Position numbers and translations under genes: made by a program. A stretch of 64,000 nucleotides of DNA, taken from the NCBI RefSeq assembly GCF_003918875.1, contig NW_025767123.1:620001-684000 (forward strand), read 5' to 3'. The stretch is from Haliotis rubra (taxonomy: Eukaryota). Positions 52,481-64,000 of this stretch are shown piece after piece. The notes beneath the pieces were generated by a model. It saw nothing but the letters and a program-made list of their open reading frames with translations, did no database searches and was not told where the DNA came from. The stretch's first letter is position 1, and every line of letters begins with the position of its first letter.

Positions 52481-53530
52481 TCATCACTGCAGAATAATTT
52501 CCATAGTGTTTCACCATACAGTTCTGTAAGATTTTAGAACATGGAAATGCCAAATCTGGTAAATACGGAAGATATTCAGTAAATGTGCCCTATTGACCAG
52601 AATTGGCACTGAGTTCCACATCATCCCAAACTTGAAGAAATTAATTGTATGGTTGTCATACTCACACACAAACACTACTTAAGTGACATTCTTGCACTAG
52701 TGAAACTCCTCATCTGAATGGCTAATCTTGCCGTTATTCTCCAGACTGGTAGCTCGTATACAGAAGTAATGTATTCATTAAGGATGCCATTTGTTAAATG
52801 TAAGTGATGCTCCTACTTAGACAAACTTCCTGATTTTTCGCTAAAATGAGACAATACGTGCCGTCGTGCCGTTATCGCTGGAACGATTGCTGTCCATGAC
52901 GTCATCGATCTCTGAGAGTGGCAAGGATTATGTTTCATAATGCCATAGAAACCTATCCATAATTGACGCATTTAACTACATTAATTGACGTATACTAGCG
53001 GTGGATATAAAAAGTCTAACCAGGAAGTTTTAAACGGTTCGGGATTATTTCTGCACGATTCTTTTCCTCTGTAATCCCACCTAGTAGATGATCGCGATTC
53101 GTTTTTAATAGGTGGATGTGGCGTGTCCGTGTTTTAAGGCTATTCCGGGAGGGTCCGATGAAATTGCATCATTAAGGCGTCTGATTAACTGCCCTAACCA
53201 ATAACGCTTAAACGTCTATAGCTTGGCGAACAATTACACACCGGTCAAAGAGACCCCTTTAAATATCTGTGCACTTTTAACAGGGTTGAAATGATAGCCT
53301 GGCGTGAGAGGTCCTATCCTGAGGCAGTAAAAATTCGCAAGTTACAAGGTCTGTCCAAGTGATGGGATGTTCGTCATTAGCGTCAGGTTTTTGATGAAGC
53401 CAATGACTAAATAGCAATCATGAGTCAGCTTTGGTGTCATTCAGAGCTTCAGAAACAGAACACAATGAAAGGTTTTAACCTGGGCATACAACTCTTAACA
53501 ATCAATTGCCTCATTTACAACATAGATTAA

Positions 53531-53810
53531 GTGAGTGAGTATTATTATCCTTTACGTCGCTTTACTTCATCATTATGACGGTGGAAGACACTAGAAATGG
53601 GCTTCACACATCATTGTACCCATGGTGGGGTTCAATCGAACCCGGAGAACTTCGGCGTGATGAGCGAACGCTTTAACCACAATAGACGGCGGGGAACGTC
53701 TTCATTTATAGATTTCGTGACGAGCGAACGCTTTAACCACTAGACTAACGTCCATTTATAGATTTCTCACTAGCTCCTGGGCGGTGGGATAGCCTTGTGG
53801 TTAAACCAAC
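53531..53810 (-). mobile_element. Rearranged SINE family A remnants
   Basis: A degenerate minus-strand copy with a local duplication of gagcgaacgctttaaccac...catttatagatttc, followed by a lone plus-strand head. Confidence 0.65.
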
Positions 53811-53888
53811 CAACCAGCCAACCATATAAAGGGGGGAATTGGTTAATGTAAACTTGTGTATCACGAGGCACATGAAGTTTCTCATGAA

Positions 53889-54055
53889 GGGGGACGTTGG
53901 GGTGGCCTAGAGGTTAAAGCGTTCGTTCTTCACGCCAAAGACCCGGGTTCGATTCCCCACATGGGTACAATGTGTGAAGCCCATTCCTGGTGTCCCCCGC
54001 CGTGATATTGTTGGAATATTGCTAAAAGCGGCGATAAACAAAATACACTCACTCA
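53889..54055 (+). mobile_element. SINE family A
   Basis: TSD ctcatgaagg; followed by (GGAA)n. Confidence 0.9.
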
Positions 54056-56617
54056 CTCATGAAGGAAGGAAGGAAGGAAGGAAGGACTGACTGACTGACT
54101 GAGTTTGGTTTTACACCGAAGGAAGGCGGGAAGGAAATGGAACATTGTAATGGAAGGAAGGAAGGAAGGAAGGAAGGAAGGAAGGAAGGAAACATCTTGT
54201 TCCTCATTATACAAAAGTTGGCATCCATAAATGTTCCAATAAACTAACTACATTCTGTTACAATGAAAGGCTTTTCCAGTCAACCCTGAGTGTTTAAGAT
54301 TGTACTTAACTGGAAATTTGTGCAAAGTAAACAACCTCTTCTTAAGCTGATCATGTCGACGATATATTCACCTTCAGGGATGGACCGTGACACAGTTTCG
54401 AATCCGCCCACACTGCCAGAACTTATTTGCGTCATAGTATTTTATCACCGCTTAGTTACACCGACATTGAAATTCTCAACACGTTTTGCTGCCTGCCTCT
54501 TCACACAAAAACGAAGCAGATTATTATATCAGATTTGTCAAATCCATAAAATCCCGTCCGCCCAATTAATATTCGGAGGAAGAGTGGGGGCCTGTTTGAA
54601 AATGACGTCAGACAGAAGAGTTTGTTGGTCATTTGTTCAAGGGTTTTTTCAGTGACAAAACGTGACAAATTAATTCTATGTTTGGAAGTCATAGCCTCAG
54701 AAACCTTTTTAGTCTATTCCCAAACATACATCTAATATCTCCATTATCCCAGCATCCTAAGAGTTGCTTAGAAGCATAAAATGGGTTTTCTTGTGTATTT
54801 GATTTTGTTTTTGTTTTGGTACTTTCTTGTTGTTTTCATTTTTTTTTTTTCTTTTTTTGCCATCAGTTTGTTGCGCGTTTTTTTTTTGTGGGTTTTAGGG
54901 GTTTTCTTGTTGTTTTTGTTGTTGTTGTTGTTGTTTGTTGTTGTTGTTGTTTTTGGGGTGGTGAGAGTGGTTTGGGGGTGGCCCTAGGGCTGTAAGGTGC
55001 GAAAAGTAAGTCAGTTCGAAAAGTAAGACTGAGCTCGGTCCTATCCAATTCAACATTGACCAAAATATTATCGCGTCTTCTAGGACAGACACAGTTTTGA
55101 TTCCGCCCACACCACCAGAACTTATTTGCGTCATAGTATCACCACTTAATTACACCGACATTGAAATTCTCAACACGTTTGGCTGCCTGCTACTTCACAC
55201 GAAACACGAAGCCGATTGTTATTGTGGTTACACCCCAGAAAACATATAATTCCCCTCCTCTTTAGTCTTCTGGTAACTTTAACATTCCAGCATCCTTGGA
55301 CAGTCGTGGAGAAGGAAAAAAATAATTTTTTTACGATGATTTCTTTTTTAATTTTTGTTTGCTTTAATGTGTGTGTGTGCGCGCGTGAGTGTGAATGCGT
55401 GCGTGTGTGTGTGTGTTGTTGTTGTTGTGGTTTTTTTGGGGGGTAGGGTTTATTGTTGTTGTGGTTTTTCTTTTGTTTTGTTTATTTGTTTGGGGATTTT
55501 TTGTTCTTGTTGTTGTGGTTGTTGATGTGCATGGGAGAGGGGTGGGGTGTTATTTAATGTCGCACTAGAACAGTTATTACAATTCTAAAAGAAAGGCTGA
55601 GATCGGTCCTAACCAATTCAACATTGGCCAAATAATTATCTCGTCTCGTAACTCTGTTCATGTTCTACATAAATAAAACAAAAGCAAATATTAAATGTCA
55701 GTCTCCGTAGGGGGATGGTCAGTGCTGGACCTTTTGTCTGACCTCTGAGTACAACAAAAAAGACCATCCCACTTTAATGTTTTCTCAAATCTAGAATGAC
55801 CACTTCAGGCCAACTTCTGAATGCCAAACAATGCGTTCCCCCCTGGTTATAATTGCTGTCAATTACTGATATCTTTGAAGATCTTTTATCACCAGCCCCC
55901 ATGCCTGTCGGACATAGCTGTGCGTTGTTTATAATCAGCTCGGGTAACCATTGATCTGGCCATACATCAAAGCTCGCGTTGTTTGCTGCAGTAGTAGATT
56001 TCATTACAATTTGAATAGATAATGGACTTTATTTTTCAACAGTTTTGATCAAGCATTGGCGAAACATTCCACTGTGCCCTTTGTGGCACTTGCAGGGGTT
56101 GAGTGACGTCATTGTGGAGGATGTGTGGTTGTGTGGCTCTCGCCCATCCACTGAAACCCTCCGTCCAAAATCGGATAGGTTTTCGGTAGCTCGAGGAAGA
56201 CTTCGCCATGGTGAGATTCGGTCGAGATCCTCAGGCACAAGTCCTGGGTATTATATGTGTGTCACCACATTTAGGCAGATCAGGTCCCCTGTGTTATGTG
56301 TGTGTTTCCACCCCCACCCCACCCCGATATGTTCAAGTCAGAATAGGTCCCCTGCATCTTTTGTGTGCGTGCGTGCGTGCGTGCGTGCGTGTGTGTGTGT
56401 GTGTGTGTGTTTTCCCGGTGATATTTTCAAGTCAGAGTAAGTCTCCCGTACTAGGTGTGTCTTTCCAATGGAATTTCGAGGCGAGTCGGTCAACTTTAGT
56501 GCATGTTAAGAATAAGTTGCGAACAAATATTTAGTTTAGATAGACTTTTATTGATACAAACTCGAACCTAGCTGTATATTCTTTCACAAGCATTACTACT
56601 TCTGGTACTATTATTAC

Positions 56618-56771
56618 NNNNNNNNNNNNNNNNNNNNNNNNNNNNNNNNNNNNNNNNNNNNNNNNNNNNNNNNNNNNNNNNNNNNNNNNNNNNNNNNNNN
56701 NNNNNNNNNNNNNNNNNNNNNNNNNNNNNNNNNNNNNNNNNNNNNNNNNNNNNNNNNNNNNNNNNNNNNNN
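56618..56771. other. Assembly gap (N run)
   Basis: Seen directly in the sequence. Confidence 1.
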
Positions 56772-56809
56772 ACCCCTACTTCTACTACAGCAACTGCTAC
56801 TAAAACTGT

Positions 56810-56928
56810 CGGTGGGGTAGCCAAGTGGTTAAAGCGTTCGCCCGTCACGCTGAAGACCATTGCTGGTGTCCCCAGCCGTGACATGGCTGGAATATTGCTA
56901 AAAGCGGCGTCAAACCCAACTCACTCAC
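56810..56928 (+). mobile_element. SINE family A with an internal deletion
   Basis: Head joined to tail; B box lost. Confidence 0.75.
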
Positions 56929-56929
56929 T

Positions 56930-57834
56930 GCTACTACCACTGCTGCGACTGCTACCAACACTACTTCTAACACAATTACCACTGTAATTGCTACTGTTTC
57001 CGTTACCACTGCTAATACTGCCCTGCTACTTCCGCTACATTTACTGCTGCTGGTACTACTACTACTACTACTACTACTCCTGCTGCGGCTACTACTAATA
57101 CTGAAGTTCTGCTGCTACTACTGCTGGCAGTACTAATACTGCCGCTGCTACTTCCTTCGCTACATTTACTGCTGCTGCTGCTACTACTACTACTACTACT
57201 TTAACTTTAAACCTATTTTATTCGAAAATGAAATGGATTGGGTACAAGTTATCCAACTTAGGAACGCCCTTTCCCAGAAGTTACATATGTCATATTTACA
57301 ATATAAAAAACATTGACAACAGGGATTTGTGGAAGGAATGTACAAGGTATTTAAAGAGGATGTGTATAGTATATACAAGAATAAACCTACAAAATTCTTT
57401 CAGTGAGCTTAATATATCTATGTACATGTTCAAATAATAATTCATTTCCATATAGTGATATTGTAACATGACCAAATAACAATAAATCTAGATTAATGGG
57501 TATGCGATGTTTAACGACAGTATTTACATTTGCAAACAAATCTTTACGCTGCGTTGTGTACAAAGAACATTCTAAAAGATAATGCCATGAATTTTCACAA
57601 AACACAACCACAAGTACAAGAAGCATCTGATCTTAAATTAATTCTGAATAAATCGTAATTAAGCGGACTTGTATTGTACCTTAGTTTTGTGTGAAAAATG
57701 TTCAGTTTCCTTGTACCAGACCAAAGAAAGGTGGGGCTGCATTTATTTTATTTTGAATTTTCAAGTTAAACCCTGCTAAAGAATCTATATTTCTTATTTC
57801 TATGGGAACTTTGTTCCACATTCGTATAGTCGTA

Positions 57835-57877
<43 letters not shown>

Positions 57878-58190
57878 GCTGCTGCGGCTACTACTAATAC
57901 TGAAGTTCTGCTGCTACTACTGCTGGCAGTACTAATACTGCCGCTGCTACTTCCGCTACATTTACTGCTGCTACTACTACTACTACTAATACTAATACTC
58001 CTGCTGCGGCTACTACAAATACTGAAGTTCTGCTGCTACGTTTGCTACCAGTACTACTAATACTACCGCTGCTACTTCCGGTATATTTACTGCTGCTGCT
58101 ACTACTGCTGCTACTACTACTACTACTGTTACTACTACCACTGCTGCTACTGCTGCCAGTACTACTACTGCTGCTAATGCTCCTGATGTT
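56930..58190. repeat. (TAC/TGC)n low-complexity tract with a repeated internal unit, interrupted by a LINE fragment
   Basis: gcggctactac...aatactgaagttctgctgctac recurs near 57085, 57885 and 58005. Confidence 0.85.
57200..57835 (-). mobile_element. 5'-truncated non-LTR retrotransposon 3' end (ORF2 C-terminal CCHC knuckle plus 3' UTR)
   Basis: The minus strand reads HTKLRYNTSPLNYDLFRINL...CTCG / ENSWHYLLEC..Y..QR..L...LLFG across a frameshift, then AATAAA and a short tail. Inserted in a (TAC)n tract. Confidence 0.8.
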
Positions 58191-58194
58191 ACTA

Positions 58195-59193
58195 CAGTCG
58201 CGCCCCGTTTATCCGAACACTTGTGGTTTTCTTGAAATTGTTCGGATAAACGAATTTTCGGATATCTGAACCGAGGACCATATGGAAAAGACAGACAAAC
58301 AAACGAACATAATAAGCCTCAGACGTATTCTTTATTGATCAACAAATAATCTGAAAATGACGACTGATAGTAGCATAAAGAATCATACTTAACTGTCGCT
58401 GTAATGGATTTCTCAAAACATAATTAAATAATGAGCCAAATCCCATCGCCGAATTAGCGAAAACAGCAATGTGTGTTGTGGCCGCCATGGAAATTGGTCA
58501 CATGACAGATGGTTTGATACAAAACAGATTACCATGAAACGACTCGGAAAGAAATAATACAGCAGTATTTTATTTATTCATTAAGATTTTATTTACCAGT
58601 ACATCATGAAGCGAATAGTCACTTAACACTCAATCATCTCATTCACAACAACCCGGCTTGTTTGAAATCACAAAGAGCTTCATATACAGTAGAAGTTAAT
58701 CTCATCTGTCTGTCAAATGCTAGCAACCAATCACGAAACAGTTCTGATGTCATCCACGCTTTTGCATTGTTCCTGTACCCAACATAAACCTCCGGATTGA
58801 AATCACTGCCAAAACAACGGGGACGTCTAGCCTTGCCAATAACAAGTGACAGGCCTCAAGATTAACTCAGTGTCACCTTGCTAATTAAGGGCAGTTAATC
58901 CTTTCACCCTTCAAAGAATGCCGGCTTGTAACCCTTGTTTCATGTTAGGGCACGCAAGGCCACTCGGTAAAATGCGCGTGTAAACATACTGACAGGTGCT
59001 CAGCCATCCGGATATACGAGAAAAAAATGCATATGATTTAGCATTTGGTATGTGAAAATGACCATCCGGTTACGGAAACCGGATTTCCGGTTAAGTGAGT
59101 AGTTTTACAACGTTGTGAATTCGTTTTAATGAATTTTCGTTCGGAAGGCGAGTTTTCCGGATATCTGAGGTTCGGATAAACGGGGCACGACTG
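58195..59193. mobile_element. Non-autonomous Tc1/mariner (pogo/Tigger-like) element, about 1 kb
   Basis: 24-bp TIRs cagtcg(c/t)gccccgtttatccgaac with one mismatch, TA on both sides, subterminal cggata repeats, no ORF. Confidence 0.88.
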
Positions 59194-59549
59194 TACTACT
59201 ATTACTACTACTAGTACTACTACTACTATTACTGGTGCTGTTGATACGACTACTCCTGCTGCCGCTACTACCTGAGATACGAATGAAATGGGTTGATGGT
59301 GACTGAGAGTAATGATCCTTGACCAACGCCTTCTGTTTAGCTTATTGAACGATCAAAGACTATGTGTATTCGTTAGTGTCTCTCAAAAACTGGAGGGTCC
59401 ACTTTAGTGTCCACTCAATCCCATGACCGTCAAGAATGTCTAGAAGTGAAATACGTGGTTAAGAAAGATATATTTTTGAGGCGCTTCTTACAATCCAACG
59501 CCGCGCTGTTTTAACATAGTGACAGAAGTCACAGCTATTTACAGACTCT

Positions 59550-59780
59550 GAGGTTCAGTGGGTAAGGCGTCTGCCCAGGGAGCGGTCGGTCGATGGTTCG
59601 CGCTTTACCTAAAGTCGTTAAAGATGGCACTTGTTGTTACCCTGCCTTGGGGCTCGACATGGTACTAACGGGATAAAACAAGGAGTGGTAAACCGGACTT
59701 CAGTACAAAGTCGTCAAATCACACGCTCGTTCGTGCTTCAATAATCTTGAACGCGACATTAAACCAAATTTCATCTGACG
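59550..59780 (+). mobile_element. Degenerate family C-related SINE
   Basis: tRNA-like head, gttaaagatggcacttgttgttaccctgccttgg, and the tail cgacattaaaccaaatttca. Confidence 0.55.
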
Positions 59781-60467
59781 TCATAGGCGTTCTACCTTAC
59801 TACCAGCTCGTGTAAGATAATTACAGTCAAAGGTCATGTTAAATCGCAAATAGAAGTCTACAGGACCACGTGACTGTATATCAGTTTTCCAGTACAGCCC
59901 CTTCCTTTATCTTTGATTCAAAAGTTTTGAATTTTAAAGATCAAATCCAGATTTGGAAGGAAGCGACCCAAACCAGTAATCAAACGTATGACGAACATGT
60001 TATTCGTACCTATGAAACAAATCGTAGCTTTGGTATTAGCTAAACGATAATGATCCACAACCTTTGATAGGCCTCAGCAAAACAGTACAGGGGAGATAAC
60101 TCTTACTATTGGCCTGTGACACTCACCTGTGTACAGCTTTAATTATTGTGACCGAACTTACTAAACTCTGCACAACGTAGCGACGTCATCAACCACCAAG
60201 ACGGAGACAAATTGACACAAACCTCATCTGTCCGTGCACAATTACATATTTTATGAAATAAAAAAGACGGAATGAAATTAGTATAGTCCTCATTGAAACA
60301 GTTATGTCAAACTAGTGTGAAACAGGTCATATTAACATGTCAACATGCCCAATGTTACCAGTCCGTGCCCTCGTGCTATAGAACAAGGCAATGCTTTATC
60401 TTAACACATCTGCTGCAATGAATAGACACAAATTATCTGTTCAGAAATTTCCCACAGCGATAAACCT

Positions 60468-60502
60468 TATATATACCTCAGAGATACGGTGAGAGCCATT
60501 TC
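60468..60502 (+). promoter_or_regulatory. Candidate TATA box and initiator of the secreted DUF4430-like gene
   Basis: TATATATA at 60468-60475, an Inr-like CCATTTC about 28 nt downstream, then ATG at 60513. Confidence 0.5.
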
Positions 60503-60512
60503 CTCTCTGACA

Positions 60513-60580
60513 ATGGGCCCGCAAGGAACTCTCGTACTTGTCCTTCTGTGTGCCTACGGAGCCGTCTCCCTGATCGCCCC
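60513..60580 (+). CDS. Exon 1 (signal peptide MGPQGTLVLVLLCAYGAVSLIAP) of a secreted transcobalamin beta-domain-like protein
   Basis: ATG in a good context (acaATGg), hydrophobic core, gtgagt donor in phase 2, which matches the exon at 61880. Confidence 0.75.
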
Positions 60581-60633
60581 GTGAGTACACACGCCCTTGT
60601 ATATCAAAATGTCGGCGTTAGAGACAATATATC

Positions 60634-60783
60634 CTGAGAGAAACAAATAATGGACCACAGGAAAATTCACGCGTTCCTTTCATATTTTCCAGTTTTTCCT
60701 CCTCCTCAACGCTGGTAATGAAACCTGGAAAATATTAAAGAAACGCTTGAATTTTCCTGTGATCCTTTATTTGTTTCTCTCAG
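60634..60783. mobile_element. Foldback/hairpin MITE-like element in intron 1 of the secreted gene
   Basis: Imperfect inverted arms of about 60 bp (ctgagagaaacaaataa... / ...ttatttgtttctctcag) with a short loop. Confidence 0.7.
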
Positions 60784-61339
60784 TATATGTACTACAGAAA
60801 TTGATACAGAAATTTATCAAAACATTGTAAGCTACATAAAGTTACATCGCAAATGTTGCTGGAGTGATTTACCAAGGCTCATGTAGATATGAAACATGAA
60901 CATTTATGGCCTTTTTAAGGGGTTTAATGTTCCCAAGCCTTTTTATTTGATTGTGAGCATTAGTCGGTCACAAATGTTCCAACAAAATCTATTTCAAAAC
61001 CGAAAAAATCAATAATTCAGCCTTTGTCTCGCAAATATATCTGTGCAATGAACCTCTTCCTTGGTACATATTTTTGTGCGTCTAAATACTTTAATAAGTG
61101 TTTCACTTTGTACAAATTCATGCATTTCAAGCTATTTTTGTGATTTTCAAAATATTTTTCGTTGGTGCCTTAAATTTCAGGCAATGTACTCGTTAGTTTT
61201 TGCGATTCCTTCGAGTTTTCAGAACTTTGTTGCGAGGTTTTAGGGGATTTGTTGCTTTGATTTGTACAGACAATAACCTCTTTGTCAATAAACAATCACA
61301 AAACTACACTCTCAACTCCCAAATATTGTTTGCTGAACT

Positions 61340-61602
61340 GACCCGTGATGACCCGGGTTAGAATTGGTCTTCAGAAACCCATGCTTGTCGTAAGAAACGA
61401 CTAACGGGATCGTGTGCGTGCGCGTGGGTGGTCAGCGTGCTCGCTTACTTGATTGACACATGTCATCGTGTCCCAGTTGCGTAGATCGACGTTCATGTTG
61501 TTGATCGCTGGATTGTCTGGTCCAGACTCGATTATTTACATACTGCCGCCATATAGCTACAATATTGCTGAGTGCGGCGTAAAACTAAACTCACTCACTC
61601 AA
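61340..61602 (+). mobile_element. Short retroposon family B in intron 1 of the secreted gene
   Basis: Full-length match; flanked by ttgctgaa on both sides. Confidence 0.88.
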
Positions 61603-61879
61603 TCATTGCTGAATTAATCCAACTCCAAAATCAGATTTGGGAATGTGGAGTTATCCCTCTTATGCCGATCGTCATTGCACACTGCGCATTTCAGGCAAAC
61701 AAGTTATATCAGTTCACAAATTTGGCTTGAGTTTTAACGGTATTCTCAAGATGTAGATCTGTTAGATTTCGGGATCGGTAACCTACTACTATATATACTT
61801 TACGCGTTAAAGGACTGATTTTATAGAAGGATCAAATTGGAATAAAGATCAGATTTTTAATGTCTTTTGGATGTTTAAG

Positions 61880-62035
61880 GTGCGGCTTATGCGGGGATGA
61901 AATAGACATCACAATCATCGCCCAGAACTTCCTCAAGCCCCCGTTCTTCAACTACACCGTGAACGTGCACGGCGAACCACAGAGTGAGCTGATCTACTTC
62001 CTGCAGAAGGCGGCAGACATCGATGAACACCTCAG
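61880..62035 (+). CDS. Exon 2 of the transcobalamin beta-domain-like protein (CGLCGDEIDITIIAQNFLKPPFFNYTVNVHGEPQSELIYFLQKAADIDEHLR)
   Basis: tttaag acceptor and AG|gtacaa donor, phase 2/2. GC3-rich codons against an AT-rich background. The strand-strand-helix pattern (L...LQKA) fits a beta-grasp start. Confidence 0.8.
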
Positions 62036-62452
62036 GTACAATATATACACCTCGGGTACAATATAAACACCTCGGGTACAATATATACACCTCGGGTACA
62101 ATATAAACACCTCGGGTACAATATATACACCTCGGGTACAATATAAACACCTCGGGTACAATATATACACCTCGGGTACAATATAAACACCTCGGGTACA
62201 ATATATACACCTCGGGTACAATATAAACACCTCGGGTACAATATATACACCTCGGGTACAATATATACACCTCGGGTACAATATAAACACCTCGGGTACA
62301 ATATATACACCTCGGGTACAATATAAACACCTCGAGTACAATATATACACCTCAGGGCAAATATAAACACCTCGAGTACAATATAAACACCTCGGGTACA
62401 ATATATACACCTCGGGTACAATATATAAACACCTCGGGTACAATATATACAC
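62027..62452. repeat. 20-bp minisatellite starting at the exon 2 splice donor
   Basis: Unit acacctcgggtacaatata(t/a), about 21 copies. Confidence 0.95.
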
Positions 62453-62465
62453 CTTGAGTATGAAT

Positions 62466-62966
62466 TATTGTAGTTTACCTTAAATTACAGTTAATCCTCT
62501 TAAAATATTATGTCGTATATTATACAGGTGTGTTGGAGTGGTTGGACAATATAAAACAGAGTTCTATTCTCGTAAATCACGTACATATTAAGTATTGTAG
62601 TTTACCTTAGATTATAGTTAATCAGCTTAAACGATTATGTCGTATATTATACAGGTGTGTTGGAGTGGTTGGGCAGAACAAAACAGAGTTCTATTCTCGT
62701 AAATCACGTACATATTAAGTATTGTAGTTTACCTTAGATTACAGTTAATCAGCTTAAAAGATTATGTCGTATATTATACAGGTGTGTTGGAGTGGTTGGA
62801 CAGAACAAAACAGAGTTCTATTCTCGTAAATCACGTACATATTAAGTATTGTAGTTTACCTTAGATTACAGTTAATCAGCTTAAACGATTATGTCGTTTA
62901 TTATACAGGTGTGTTGGAGTGGTTGGGCAGAACAAAACAGAGTTCTATTCTCGTAAATCACATACA
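62466..62966. repeat. 127-bp tandem repeat x4
   Basis: Units start at 62466, 62593, 62720 and 62847. Confidence 0.93.
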
Positions 62967-63225
62967 TTCATAGTTATATTCATAGTTACATTTGCTAAAA
63001 ATTTCATTGGATCGTATTGTTTCTGATGAAACATTTCCAGGCCAGCTTTAATATGTCTATCATGTGGCCAAACCGTTACAATTGTTACCTCCCTTGGTCA
63101 CGCCAGTAACCAGTGATTGTGGAATAGTTACTTAGTTACTTTCTGAGACTTTTCTGCTATAAATGGATAACTGATACTGCGAAAAAAGGATTTAAAACCA
63201 GCTCACTTATTCATTTAGCTTGCAC

Positions 63226-63376
63226 GAGTGAGTATGGTTTTACGCCGCTTTTAGCAATATCCCAGCAAAATCACGGCGGGGCATCATACATAGCCTTCGC
63301 ACATTGTACCCATGTGGGGAATCGAACCCGGGTCTTTGGCGTGTCGAGCGACCCTTTACCCACTAGGCTACCCCAG
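63226..63376 (-). mobile_element. SINE family A
   Basis: Tail and head match. Confidence 0.8.
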
Positions 63377-63560
63377 TACTTCAGTGAAACCCACGAGATG
63401 TGTTGCTAACAAACCTATAAACAGGGCGAACGGGGATTCGAACCTATGATCACAGGTTTCTATCACACTAAAGGGACGTCACTCTGTACAACGAATCGTG
63501 GGGTCTTTGATGACTGTGTAATCTATTATTCCAATAGAATCATTCTATTTTTAATTTCAG

Positions 63561-63688
63561 ATTTACAATCACTTACTTCGGTCCTGTCTTGGGCTACTTT
63601 GTCAACTCAATCAACAATCTGGAGGGAGATTATGCTGAAAACACGTCCTGGCGGGTGACGGATGTTGACTTCAACTCCCATAAATTGG
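63561..63688 (+). CDS. Exon 3 of the transcobalamin beta-domain-like protein (FTITYFGPVLGYFVNSINNLEGDYAENTSWRVTDVDFNSHKLG); gene continues past the window
   Basis: ttaatttcag acceptor in phase 2, G|gtaatt donor in phase 1. F.T....G.F(V/I).SIN.L......W.........G is the transcobalamin/intrinsic factor C-terminal (DUF4430) pattern. Confidence 0.8.
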
Positions 63689-63813
63689 GTAATTACAAGT
63701 TTTATAAGATAAAGTCCCTAGCACCAGGTACACAATTACAGGGTTGCTTCCCTTGGCACTGGTGGATGTTCGTGATTCGTTACTGACCTTTAAATGTCCT
63801 TGACACTGTTTAG

Positions 63814-63976
63814 AGTGAGTGAGTTTAGTTTTACGCCGCTTTTAGCAATATTCCAGCAATATCACGGCGGGGGACACCAGAAATAGGCTTCACACATTGT
63901 ACCCATGTGGGGAGTCGAAACCGGGTCTTCGGCGTGACGAGCGAACTCTTTAACCACTAGACTACCCCACCGCCCC
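63814..63976 (-). mobile_element. SINE family A
   Basis: Near-consensus copy; TSD tgacactgt(t/g)tagag. Confidence 0.92.
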
Positions 63977-64000
63977 TGACACTGTGTAGAGTTGTTTGTT

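Noticed and set aside
58042-58269. Poly-Leu membrane or signal-like ORF
   Set aside because: Translation of the (CTA/CTG)n tract running into a transposon TIR.
61887-62452. Minus-strand ORFs of 129-152 aa
   Set aside because: Translations of the 20-bp minisatellite.
62529-62572. Possible tandemly duplicated 44-nt exon (ag...gtaaat) in each 127-bp unit
   Set aside because: The donor is weak, the length breaks the frame between exons 2 and 3, and those two exons already join into a continuous domain.

Overview
AT-rich, repeat-dense animal genomic DNA with spliceosomal introns and two N-gaps. The receptor sequence and SINE content suggest a mollusc, probably a gastropod such as abalone (inference). 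Two intron-split genes lie on the + strand. (1) The 3' part of a cation-type nicotinic acetylcholine receptor alpha subunit (alpha9/10-like), with exons at 19233-19277, 24261-24371, 25093-25631, 31853-32046, a probable loop exon at 33780-33881, and 35165-35542. Its 5' exons were not found in the window. The 24261 exon carries a +1 frameshift as assembled. (2) The 5' part of a small secreted protein (TATA box, signal-peptide exon 60513-60580, exons 61880-62035 and 63561-63688) that resembles a stand-alone transcobalamin/intrinsic-factor beta domain (DUF4430-like). The ORF track does not show this gene as a unit. The rest is three short retroposon families plus a fourth element, all with related 3' tails, along with LINE and Tc1 fragments, several MITEs and many minisatellites. 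The most notable items are the beta-domain-only B12-binder candidate, a headless and apparently structured retroposon (family B), the receptor frameshift and cassette exon, and a minisatellite grown out of a splice donor. Repeat boundaries were read by eye and may be off by a few bases.
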